64,000 nucleotides of DNA, taken from Podarcis liolepis. Lineage: Eukaryota. The translations under genes were made by a program, and so were the position numbers. The stretch is from the NCBI GenBank assembly GCA_965112155.1, contig OZ218105.1; one strand, given 5' to 3'. The notes beneath the pieces were generated by a model. That model did no database searches and had not been told where the DNA came from. It saw only the letters and a program-made list of their open reading frames with translations. Shown here in pieces: positions 50,908 to 63,926 of the stretch (positions are counted from its first letter, which is position 1; every line of letters starts with the position of its first letter).

Positions 50908-53229
50908 CTTCCTCTGCACGGCCTGGTCGGCCTCCACTGGTTTCCACCCACAAAGTGATGTTAGTGCCACTCTGCTGGTGCATAATTGCCCATTGTTAGC
51001 AGACCTTTCAGCATGACTCAGATTGGAATAATCACTTTCAATTTCTGGAGTTCAAATGCTTCATTCATGCAGAAACTATCTACAGGATGAATAGTGACGA
51101 GAGAGAGAAACAGAAGACATCTTATCTCAACAGGTTGGGAGACAACAACAAAATCGCTCAGCTTTTAGGGGTGAGGTTAACTTAGACATAATAGATACAA
51201 ACAAGTGCTCACTAGATTGTTACACAATCAAGGATAAATTATAATTTATTATCAGATGACATCCAATTGTCTTGCGGACTACACTCTGGATTTGTGTAGG
51301 GGATAGCCTGCAAGGCAGCAGAGTTTTGGATCAGAGTTTTCCTTCCGCTAAATGTGTTACCTTCCCAGGTTGAAGAGGAAGTGATCTGCCACTCACTTCC
51401 CTCTATGGCATGTGCAGTAACCACCTTCTTGATTGCTGAACCCACTATTGGTTTTGTCTGCTCAATCCACCAGAACTTGTCTTCACATACAGAGAAAGTC
51501 CCTAACTCACTGAGGGTTTGAGACCCATCAGCTACCCTCACTTGCTTTAGCCAGTCAGTCAAAGTCATATAGCAGGATGTGGCACCTGCCATAGTGCCTG
51601 TGTGCATGGTGGGGACCAAAGACAGACAAACTACCTCAGAAGTAGGATGACGTTTCTCCCTTGATGCCCACCCCCCAGGGTCCAAGTATTGGATCAATAT
51701 TGAAACTGGTCTTTGTTCTTCAGTGCCCTCCCCCTCAGCTCCACTGAGTGCAAATGAGGACCTTTAGGTATCATCAGCCCTGAGCCAGTAAGTGCTACAG
51801 TCAATGAGTCATCAGTACAGATGAGTAATTGCCATCACCAGATTCCCCTAAACTAGTAAGAATGCCATGAAGGTTGGTTTGGGTAACTCTCCTTTCAGGT
51901 CTTGGGCTGCCCACTATGGGATCCTCGTGCTTTCTGACCTACATAGCACTTGCCAGTTGCGGCACATTTAAAAAGAATGGCTGGGGTCCAAACACAGCCA
52001 GTCTTTAATTATTGACTGCCTAGCAGATGAGAAAGCTCCTGTCATTCATCCTCTCATTCGGCCAATTTAGCAACAAGAACAAAACACTACCATTCAGCCC
52101 CAACTGGGAACTGATAGATCCTGCCTTGTTTGAAGCTAGGAGGAGAAGGCCAGATACTGCCATGCCAAACAGAGGCATAGAGAATGGTGCCACCATGCCC
52201 ACGCCAACTGTCCACAGAGGCAGCGTTGAGAACATGCTGCACAATTTACACTTCCAAAAGATTAAAGCAAAAGCGTCTTCTGTGGAGTTCAAAGATACAC
52301 ATAAAAGGTTGCATCCACATTACACATGACCTCCTACATTAAAACAATGGGTTAAGCATTGCATCCAGTGCTCAATTAAATACCAACAATTTGATCAGTG
52401 AAATCCAATCCTCACTGGTATATGAAACAGGGAAACTCTAGATCTGAACCATGATGTCAAAGTACTTTGTACAATGTTTTTCCCAACTGTCCCCAGAGGC
52501 AGCATTGAGAACATGCACAACCATTTACATCTCCAAAAAATTAAAGCAAATGCGTTTTCTGTGGAGTTCAAAGATGCACAAAAAATGTTGCATCCACATT
52601 ACAGATGAAGTCCTGTATTAAAATAATGGGTTACATGTTGCAGCCAATGTTCAATTAAATGCCAACAATTTAAGGAGAGGAACCCAATTCTTGCTATTGA
52701 ATGGAACAGGGAAATTCTGGATCTGAACCATCGGGGGTGTGGGTGCGGGGTGTATTACAATGATCTTCAATATAAACTATAGGCAACCTCTTCAGACTTG
52801 TAAATATAAGCAGCCTAGTACTAGATTAAAATCAATTTATAACATAAATCCAGATTGCTACAGCTCACTACAGGTTAAAAACGATACAGATACACTATAT
52901 TGGGTGATAATAATAATAATAGTATAGTAATAGTAATAACTGCAATAGTAATAGCAATAGTAATAGTAATAACTCGGTGGATGTTGTAGTTGTCCATTCT
53001 TGAGTCAAATTGATGCCAAAAAACACAAGGTACTTAGATAATTATGTCACAACGTACTTTATGCAAGGTATACATGTGCGTTGTGTGTGTATGTGTGTAA
53101 CCAACCCGCTCCCCCTGAACAAATCTTGAAAAAAAGAGATTTATAACTAGCCTAGCTTTAGGGAGATTTAAGTAAATCATAAGGCCCCCCCATGCCATTT
53201 TTATTGTGACTCATGATGATGTATGAATG

Positions 53230-53308
53230 CTTATTTTGTTTTTGGTTCTTTGTTAATGTTCTTGATATTATTTTGTGGACTATGAGAGCTGTAATGCTTT
53301 GTGAATTT

Positions 53309-53380
<72 letters not shown>

Positions 53381-53598
53381 TCTTTATTGTCCTTGCCCCC
53401 TCTCGGGGACAACGAAATTAATATGAAATTAATATGACTTTTCTTGTGGCTGTGCTGTTTAGCCTATTTTTAAACTTGTTTTGTTAAAAGTGTATTTTAA
53501 AAGGTGGTTGTTTTACTTATTTTGTTTTTGGTTCTTTGTTAATGTTCTTGATATTTTTTTGTGGACTATGAGAGCTGTAATGCTTTGTGAATTTTATA

Positions 53599-53645
<47 letters not shown>

Positions 53646-53782
53646 TCTTTATTGTCATTGCCCCCTCTCGGGGACAACGAAATTAATATGAAATTAATAT
53701 GACTTTTCTTGTGGCTGTGCTGTTTAGCCTATTTTTAAACTTGTTTTGTTAAAAGTGTATTTTAAAAGGTGGTTGTTTTACT
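53230..53782. repeat. Recent ~270-285-bp tandem duplication, each unit containing an (AAT)n tract
   Basis: Units start at 53230 and 53516; single copy without the AAT insert at ~28358-28510. Confidence 0.9.
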
Positions 53783-54893
53783 TTACTGATGATTTGTTTA
53801 TTATTTTATATTATTTTTATTGTGCTTGTGATGTTCTACTGTGTTATTATTTATGGTACAATAAGCCGCTTTGTGACTAATGTGAGTGAGTGTCCCATAT
53901 CTTCCTGCTGAAATCCTGCAACTTTTTATAATACCAATGTTCTGGTTTATTCTTTGTCCCACTTTCATTATACAGTAGTGCCCCTACAAATGGCAATAGT
54001 TTAACTAGCAAGTAGTGATATTTTTCATGTAAGTTTATGTAAATCTTATTACCTAGTTTAGATTTTGTTACCTCGCTCTGTGCTAAGGACTAATGCAATG
54101 ACAGCTGTTCTCTTTAAAATTGCAATAACACTGGTTAGGCAGCTCAAAACAACTAATAAAGAAGAATGATGTGTGGACAATCCAGTATACATTGACTATT
54201 AATACACTATTATTGTGTCAAATGTTGAAGAACAAAACAAAGAACAAAAAATTGCAATATCCCCTGAAAGTAGTATGTACTTATAAGCAAAAGTATGCAT
54301 ATCACTGATGATATTTTCTGCCAACAGAAAGAAGTGTATTTCCTTGATTATATAGTAAAAAAAATGACATACTCCAAACCACGTGCCATAAAAGGAGCAC
54401 AAAAACCTCACTTCTTATCATTTAATATTAAATTTATTTAAGCACTAAAGCTGAAATCGTAAGCCATCTTCCCTGGAAGTAAGCCTCGTTGAATTCAATA
54501 TAACTACTGGGTAGATATCCTTGGGATTGAACTGTCAATATAAAACAAAATAGAAAATGGAATACCCCAACTGACTACGAAATGGCTAATTGCACCAGGT
54601 GGTTTAGTCTCATCTACTTAGACTAGATAGGAAAGATGATGACTCATGAGGGCATTTATATTGCAAGCTGCCATGTGATCTTTGGATGAAAGGCAGAATA
54701 GAAAGCTAATAAATAATTAAAATGAACATAAAAAAACAAAATAAAGACCCACCTATTAATTTCTATATGAAAAACTAACCAAAGGCTGAAAAAGGCAGGT
54801 ACACTTGCAGTATAAAAGGTTGTATTGCAATGTCACTAAAGCTAAAGAACTACAGAGTGTACCATACATGTAACTGCAGAGAACAAATCTTAC

Positions 54894-57314
54894 CTCTTCA
54901 CCATTAGCCATTTCAGAATGAAAATTATCTCCACTGTTGCCTGTAAAAGGCACAACAGGTTTCTCACTGCCAATAATATTGTCTACCATCTGAGCACTGG
55001 GTGTCAGGAAGGCAAACTCATTCTTCCTGGTCTCAGAAGACAGACACAGCTGGTAGGAATAGGGCAAAGTCCCATCTTCAAAGTTGGGTGGGAAGATGGC
55101 ACCATTCTTGGAATGGGGAACAGGACCAAAGCACTGTAGGAACCTGGGATGCCCTGATTGACGGAGCTTCATTGTAACGGCCAGAATCACAGTCAAGAGG
55201 AACAAGAAGGAGATCACAGCTAAGGCCAGCACCAAGTAGAACTGCAGGTCAGACTGATACTCCGAGCTGCTGGGTTGGCTTTTCATTTCCGGAAGGGCCT
55301 CCTGAAAGTTCTCAGCAAACACCAGGTTCAGAGTCATGGTGGCCGAGAGAGACGGCTGCCCGTTATCCTTCACCATAATGACCAGTCTCTGTTTCACAGC
55401 GTCTCTCTCCACAAAGGCCCTGGCGGTCCTGATCTCTCCAGTATGAGAACCAACCGTGAAGAGTGCCGGCTCAGTGGCCTGAGTCAGGTGGTAGGAGAGC
55501 CAGGCGTTGTGTCCAGAATCTGCATCCACGGCCACCACCTTGGTGACAAGATAATCTGCCTCGGCCGAACGAGGCACCATCTCAAACAAGGCTGAGCCCT
55601 TGGCTTCTTGGGAGGGGGACAGGATACGAGGGCTGTTATCATTCCTGTCAAGAACAAACACCTTGACGCTCACATTGCTGCTGAGAGGGGGAGAACCCCC
55701 ATCTTGGGCCTTCACTTGCAGCAGGAACTCTCTGAATTGTTCATAGTCAAAGGATCTCTGGGCATAGATGGTGCCAGTCTCAGAATTAATGGAGATATAG
55801 GAGGAGATGGGAAGCTCCTCGATGTTGCTGTTGAGGATGGAGTATGTGATCCGTGAGTTCTGGTCCATATCGGGATCAGAGGCTTTGATGGTGAAAATGG
55901 AGGCACCTGAAGGATTGTTTTCTGGCACATAGATGTTGTAGGATGGTTTCTGAAATGTAGGGGTATTATCATTGACATCTGAGATCTGTAGTGAGATCGT
56001 TTTGTGTGTCGAAAGAGGTGGAGTTCCTCTATCAGTGGCTGTGATTGTAATATTATATGCAGGCGCTATTTCTCTATCCAAAGGACTGTCTGTCTGGAGC
56101 TTGAAGTAATTGTTTGATGAGGGAAGAACTTTGAAGGGTAAATCATCCTGTAAATAGCAAGTAACCTTCCCATTATCTCCACTATCTCTGTCATTTACAT
56201 TGATCAGAGCAATAACTGTCCCTGGCAGAGAATCTTCAGGAACAGGGCTGAACATGGAGGCTAAGGTCACATCCGGGGCATTATCATTCTCATCATGAAC
56301 CCTTAGCTCAATGTTAGAATGTGTCATCAAGCCACCTCCATCTTTTGCAGCAACTGTCATTGTATATTCATCGTTGTCCTCAAAATCCAGTTGCTCCAAG
56401 AGGGTGATTGAGCCACTGATGGGATCCAGCTTGAATTTCCGTTCGGCAGTTGCTGGTATGTTACTAATATGATACCTGATTTGGGCATATAAACCTTCAT
56501 CCTTATCAGAGGCTGCAACCTGGATAACAAGTGACCCAACAGGAACATTTTCAGATAAACTGACCTTGTACACCACTTGAGTGAAAACAGGCGGGTTGTC
56601 ATTGGCATCAGTGACATTAATCCATATATGAACAGTCCCAGTTTTCCTAGGCTCACCCCCATCCATAGCGGTAAGAACCAAGTGAAGGGTCTGTTCACTT
56701 TCTCGATCAAGAGGTTTCTGTAGCACCAGTTCTGCATATTTATTTCCATCTTTTCTCTCTCTAACTTCCAAAGTGAAGTACTGATTGGAGCTCAGCTGGT
56801 AATCCTGGAGAGAGTTCATCCCAATGTCAGGATCTTCTGCTTTCCCAAGGAGAAATTGTGTGCCTAGCAGAGTGGATTCAAGGATCTCTAAATTGATATT
56901 GCTATTCAGGAATTGTGGTGCATTATCATTAACATCCTGGATTTCCACTAGTACATGGAAAATATTCAAAGGGTTTTCTACCACAACTTCAAAATTAACA
57001 AAGCAATGTGGATTTTTGCCACATATCCCCTCCCTATCAATCCTGTCATTTACATAGAGGTTTCCATTCTCTGCATTGATACTGAAATGCTGCATTTTAG
57101 CCACAGACACAGTGTGCAGATTGCGATGTTTTAGTTCTTTGGCGCTCAGTCCCAGGTCCTTGGCGAGGTTCCCCACAACGGAACCCTTTGCCATCTCCTC
57201 AGGGGTTGAATAATGAATCTGCTCTGATGCAGCCCAACAGGTAAAAGACAAGAGAGAGAGAAGCAGTACTTGCCTTGTGAGTGCCCTGCCATTCCCTGGG
57301 TGCCTTCTCTCCAT
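54894..57314 (-). CDS. PCDHGB: Protocadherin gamma-B-like variable exon, class Y (Y4; 807 codons)
   Basis: Intact ORF; donor GAG|GTAAGA at 54894/54893. Confidence 0.92.
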
Positions 57315-57586
57315 CTGGCTGGTTCTCTCAAAAACAGGCTACTTCCTTTTCTCAGTTTCCTATGCTGAAGCTCTCACAGTGATGAAGGAAACAACATGAG
57401 GTATCACTGAGGAAGAATAAACTGCCCTTGTTCTTATATTTGTGCAAAGCAAAAGAGATTTTTCCTTCTCTGCAAGAGTTCCCTGTCTCTGTGCTCTTCA
57501 GTTGGCCTGATCCGAATAGCAGGGATGGGAGTTACTGCAGTCTAGAAAGCATCAATGGATGTCTGTCCTCTCTCTGGCTCTCATAC

Positions 57587-57627
57587 TGGCCAACACTGAC
57601 ACTTAGAGGACCACTCAAGGAACTGCA
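57587..57627 (-). promoter_or_regulatory. CSE/CTCF-like element of Y4 (CAGT core)
   Basis: Identical to the Y1/Y2 element. Confidence 0.75.
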
Positions 57628-60009
57628 TTTTGTTCTACGAAAATAGACAGAGGTGAATAAATGCAGATATTTCTCCAGCACATACTATACCTTCCTTTCT
57701 GCTCACTGAGTGGAGCATTTGAGAAGGCTTTTCCTTGGTGTTCTTTCTTAGTGTACAGCTACCCTCATTTATGTTCGTGGCTTTTCAGTACTGTGAAAAT
57801 TGGGTTCATATCTGATACTGCAATTACATGAAGGTTATACACATCTTCATTTTTATTTTATTTTTTTGAAACATGGAAACATTATTATTAATATATAAAT
57901 ATCCAGTTACATAGTAAAATTTTATCTTAAAATTAATGTATTACGATAGTAGTTATGCTATAGTAGCACAAGAGCTGTAAGACAACTGTATTTTTGTTGT
58001 TGTTGCTTAAATAGAATATAAACACCCTATTGAAATTATTCTCTTTTTTTATCTCTTCTATATTGTTGGATGTCTATCAACATTTATGGAACAGAGTACA
58101 AGTTCTTCTCAGTGTTGGGTAGGAATTCCAAGAGTAACTTACTATTCCAAGAGTTCTCTCTCTGTCTGTTGAGGATAAGATAAGATGCAACACATGTAGC
58201 TTCTGTCTAGGCAGCACTAGGTAATAAAAGTGTGTTCGCTGGTATTGGTTCTACATCAGACTCTGCCACTGCCTCCTACCTGCTGGTGCCATACAAATGT
58301 CCTTGCTTAGCAGTTGCTCCCCTGTGATCAAAGCAGGAACTCAGCACAAGTGTAGGACCAATGGCTGTAGCTGCTCTACCAGCAGTAAAAAAAGGTAAAG
58401 GACCCCCGGATAGTTAAGTTCAGTCAAAGGCGACTATGGGGTGGCAGCACTCATCTCTCTTTCAGGCCGAGGGAGCCGGCATTTGTCCACAGACAGCTTT
58501 CCGGGACATGTGGCTAGCATGACTAAACAACTTTTGGCTCAACGGAACACCTTGACGGAAGCTAGGCATGATCCAACAGGATAAAATGTTTGTTGGCACT
58601 TTACATGTGAGCTCATATCATGATAATAGCATCATGAAGTTTGGGAACTGAGAAAAGTGGAGAGACAAGAGGTGTTCGAAGAAATCAATAGTGTCTAATT
58701 GAAAGAGTATATGATACAGGTCTTATTAGAAAATAACTAAAGTAATTTACTTTCAGTTTGTACGCATTAAAGGTAATAACTCCTCTTATTGCTCCATAGA
58801 ACTGCCTACAAGACCATAAACCCAACCTGGAGATGTGTATCCTCTTCAAATATTTTTGCCTGCCATATATCCCCTTGAAACTGGAACCCCACTGAACAGA
58901 ACTGACATTTCCAAGTGATCACAACCAGAGTGCTGCCTAATTTTCAACATGCTTCTAGTTTTTCATCTGCTAGTCTATCACACAGAAACATTGCACACAA
59001 TTCTATTTCATAAAAACATAAGAAGAGCCCTGCTGGATCAGGCCAGAGCTCTATTGAGTCCAGCATCCTTTCTCCCACTGTGGCCAACCAGATGCCCCTC
59101 AAAAGCTCTGCCCTTGGTCCACAGTCAGAGGTGTCTGGTACTAGACATAATATAGCCAATGTGACAATGGTTTTTTCTAATCCCCCTTTAAAACCACCCA
59201 AGTAGGTGACCATCATTGCACCTTGTGATAGTGATTCCCATTGTTTGTTTGTTTAAATAAGTAAATTATTTAGAAATGGTTTATATAAAACATACAATTA
59301 TCATTAAATTCCTATTATGAACTCAAATAAAGTATATAGCCTTCATAAAGATCTGAATAAAGTATGTGGGTCTGCGTTATCTTGAAGTTCATTGCACCAA
59401 TAAATTATGAAAAAACACACAGAAAGTTATCAGACTGCCTCCCCTCCCTGACTCTTAGTTGTACCATTGATAAAATATTCCATGCTGTAGTAATCCATTC
59501 CCCTAAAGTTGGTGTTCTTAGCCCCTGCTAAGACAAATAGTTGCTCTGGCCACAGACACTAACTGTTGGAGTAATTATCTGTCTTCTGTTTTACTAAATC
59601 CTTAAAATAACTAGATAAATCAATGAGAGGATCCATTGGCAAATTGCATCCTGTCATTATTCCATTTTCTCTTATTATATCCACCCACAAATTCTTCATT
59701 TAGGGACATGTCTCCCAAATATGTTGCATCCTAGCATTGGTTGAATTGTACTTCCAACGTCATCATTTGCTGTACTATAAATTTGACCAAACTGTGGGAG
59801 GCAGTGGAAGACAGGAGTGCCTGGCGTGCTCTGTCCATGGGGTCACGACGAGTCAGACACAACTAAACAAATAAACAACAACAACTAAAATGTGACGAAG
59901 CCACAGCAGTGTCATATACCATCAAAAAATAAACTTATACAAGTGTTTCTTAAGATTAACACTAATTGTTTGCTGCCATTTCCATTTTCACTGATCTGAT
60001 GTCCCAGAT

Positions 60010-60555
60010 CAATGACAATGAATTTTTCTAATCCCCCTTTGAAACCACCCAAGTAGGTGACCATCATTGCATCTTGTGATAGTGATTTACATTGTTTGTT
60101 TGTTTAAATAGGTAAATTATTTAATAATGGTTTATATAAAAACCAAATGGCTGGGTATACAATTATCATTAAATTCCTATTATGAACTCAAATAAAGCAT
60201 ATAGCCTTCATAATATCTAAATAAGTATGTGGGTCTGGGTTATCTTGAACTTCATTGCACAAATAAATTATGAAAAAACACACAGAAAGTTATCAGACTG
60301 CCTCCCCTCTCTGATTTTTACTGTATTAATTAGTTGAACCATTGATAAAATATTCCATGCTGTAGTAATCCATTCCACTAAAGTTAGTGTTTTTAGCCCT
60401 GCCCCCTGCCCACAATTATAACAAATAGTTGCTCTGGCCACAGACAGTAACTGTTGGAGTAATTATCTGACTTCTGTTGTTCTAAATCCTTAAAGTAATC
60501 ATATAAGACAATGAGAGGATCCATCGGCAGAGTGCACCCTTGTATTCTTTCAGTT
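60010..60555. repeat. Diverged local duplicate of ~59160-59675
   Basis: TGACAATG..TTTTTCTAATCCCCCTTT through CAATGAGAGGATCCAT occurs twice ~850 bp apart. Confidence 0.85.
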
Positions 60556-61257
60556 TCCCTTATCTTCACCCAATGGCCACAGGCTCCGGTAATATGGGGG
60601 AGAGGGATCTCTCTATTCATTTTCTCAACCTCGTTCATAATTCTATACAGCTGTCTCACTTCCCTTCTTGTAATTTATTTTATCTAAACGAAATATCCCT
60701 ACAGAAGTTGTTGCACCCATGGATCATTTGGGATGCCTTTTTCTGTGCTTGCTGTTATTTCACACAACTTCTTTTTATGAATCCTCCAGAAAAGCCACAT
60801 ACAGCCCCAAATTATACTACAAAGAAACAGGAAGCATTCATGTTTTATGCATTCTTCAGTTAAGTTGATCATAACAGGGCAATTAAACTGTGCTTTGTGT
60901 GAGTGAAAAAGTGCAAATCCTTATTTTTAATTGATGAGGGATGTATAAATAGCTATATATGTATGGTGACATGCTAATACCCCACAGGAAGATTGAACAC
61001 TCAAGCTGTATGCATGCTTACATTTCCTTTAATTCCTGAGATGAAGACTCACTATGCCGTTATTGTATGCCTCAGAATTTATGTTGCATCTAGCATTGCA
61101 ACTTAAAAGCTATGTGTAGGGAAAAATTTTCACAATCAGGACAATGGCTGCTAACACTGTAATTTCATTTTCCTGACCCCTTTATATAGTAAAATAAAAT
61201 AAAAATATTAGTTTTATTCTTATAAGGAGCAATGCTGTTTCTGAAAGCAAAGCTTAC

Positions 61258-63687
61258 CTGCTCACCAACCTCCTCTTTGGCACTGGCATCCCCACAGTTG
61301 CCATCCACAAGAACCACCTGAGAGCTATCATTGCATAGCAAGTTTTCTGCCACCTGGATATGGGGTTTTGGGAAAGAGATCTCCTCTTTCCTCATCTCTG
61401 ACGATAGGCAGAGTTGGTAGGAATAAGGTAAAGTTCCTTCTTCATAGTTTGGTGGAAATATGACCTGTGCCTTAGAAAAAGCATTAGGTTCGAAGCACTG
61501 GAATAATTTGGGATTTCCTGATTGTCGAAGTTTCATGACAATGACCAGTATCACCGTCAGGAGGAATAAAAATGAGATCAATGCCAAAGCCAGCACCAAG
61601 TAAAACTGGAGGTCAGAATGATGTTCTGTGTCACTGGATTGCCTAGTCATTTCTGGAAGTGCCTCTTGGAAGTTCTCGGCAACCACAAGGTTGAGGACCA
61701 CAGTAGCTGAGAGCGGAGCCTTCCCATTGTCCTTCACCAAGATGACCAGCTTCTGTTTCACAGCATCTTTCTCCAGAAGGGCTCGTGATGTCCTGATCTC
61801 TCCCGTGTGGGTCCCAATGGTGAAGAGGGCCGGCTCTGTGGCCTGCAGCACTTGGTAGGAGAGCCAGGCATTGTGCCCAGAGTCAGCGTCCACAGCCACC
61901 ACTTTGGTCACTAGGTAGCCTGGCTCTGCCGAGTGAGGAACCATCTCAAACAAGGCAGAGCCCTCAGCACCCGGGACAGGATACAGAACGCGAGGGCTGT
62001 TATCGTTTTGATCCAAAATGTACACCCACACAGTGGCGTTGTTGCTGAGAGAGGGAGAGCCGCCATCTTGGGCCTTCACTTGGATCTGAAACTCCCTGAA
62101 TTGCTCATAGTCAAAGGAGCGCTGTGCATAGATAGTTCCCGTCTCAGAGTTGATGGAGACGTAAGAGGAGAGAGGCAGCTCCTCCATGTTGCTGTTGTGG
62201 ATGGAGTAAGTGATACGTGAGTTGCGGTCCAGATCCGGGTCCGAGGCTTTGATGGAGAAAATGGAGGCGCCTGAGGGATTGTTTTCAGGCACAAAGACAC
62301 TGTAGGTTGATTTTTCAAAGGCAGGTGGGTTGTCATTGATATCTGAAATCTGCAGGGAGATGGTTTTGTTGGAGGAGAGAGGGGGGCTACCTTTGTCGGT
62401 GGCCGTGATTGTGATGTTGTATCCTGAGGCTTTTTCTCTGTCCAAAGGACTGTCTGTGAGGATTTTATAGTAGTTCTTTGAAGTTGACACTATTTTAAAT
62501 GGTACATTACCTTGTAGATGGCAAGTAATTTTTCCATTTTCTCCAGAATCTTTATCCTTTACGTTGATGAGAGCAATTAGTGTTTCAGAAGCAGAGTCTT
62601 CAGGAACTGGACTAGATAAGGAGGCCAGAATGATCTCTGGAGCATTGTCATTCTCATCTATAATCTTTATATCAACATTACAGTGAGCCACTAATCCACC
62701 TCCATCTCTTGCTTCAACTGTCATAGTGTACTTCTCTGTTTCCTCGAAGTCAAGGGTCTCCTTAATTGTAATTGTTCCACTTTGTGGATCTAGTCTAAAT
62801 TTCTCATAGACTTTTTCTGGGACTTTACTGAATGTGTAACTGATCCGACTATTTGAACCTTCATCCCTATCAGAGGCTTTTACTTGGAGTATGGGGGACC
62901 CCACAGGGGAATTTTCCCTCAGGCTAACTGTATAAACCTCTTGAGTGAAGACTGGTGGGTTGTCATTGGCATCTGTGACGTTAATCCATATCTGGGCAGT
63001 CCCAGTTTTTTTGGGTTCACCTCCATCAAGAGCCGTGAGGATCAACTGAAGCGAGTGCTCACTTTCCCGATCCAAAGGTTTCTGCAGCACCAATTCTGCA
63101 TATTTATGGCCGTCCAGACTATGCTTAATTTCTAATATAAAGAACTGATTTAGGCTTAACTGATAATTCTGGAGAGAATTAATCCCAATATCAGGATCTT
63201 CAGCTTTCCCAAGGGGAAATCTGGTACCCGGCAATGTAGATTCAATTATATCTAGTCTAATATTGGATTCTAGGAATTGTGGGGCATTATCATTAATGTC
63301 CTGAATTGCTACACTTACATGGAAAACATTCAATGGCTTTTCAACCATAGCTTCAAAATCAATAATGCAGTGTGTGCTCTCTCTACACATCCCCTCACGA
63401 TCTATCCTCTCATTCACATACAGGTTTCCATTTTCAGCATTGATAGTGAAATATGGCTTTTTACCTTCAGAAATGATATGCAGGTTTCTGTTCTTCAGTT
63501 CTCTGGCATTCAGACCCAGATCCTTGGCAAGATTTCCCACCAAAGATCCCTTTGCCATCTCCTCAGGGATGGAATAGTGAACCTCTTCCAAAACTGCTCC
63601 ACAGAACAAAGATGAAAATATCAGAAGGGTAATATGCCTTCCTGGTGTTTGAAAGCTCTCTCCATGAAGGATTCCTCTCATCTTCAT
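61258..63687 (-). CDS. PCDHGB: Protocadherin gamma-B-like variable exon, class X (X5; 810 codons)
   Basis: Intact ORF; ATG 63687; donor CAG|GTAAGC at 61258/61257. Confidence 0.92.
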
Positions 63688-63926
63688 TTTCCTCTTCGCT
63701 TTGATGAGCACAGGATTTCAGATTTCCACCAAGACAGGAGGTTTTTCACCCCCTAGTAAAAAAAAGAACTGGATCCTTTGGCTTTGTATGTGCTGCAGTG
63801 TTTTCTGTTTTCCAGCTGAAACGTTTGTTCCAGCGTCTGCTGGTTTTCCCGATGTGCAGTTTGGGACAAAGAGATCTCTCTGCAGAAAGCATCAGTGCAA
63901 CTTCAGCTGCCCATGGATTGCCGCCT

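Noticed and set aside
4107-61257. ORF tails past the splice donors (e.g. [11 protein letters not shown]..., [11 protein letters not shown])
   Set aside because: Intron read-through after phase-0 donors at equivalent positions; lengths not conserved. No support for single-exon beta-type genes.
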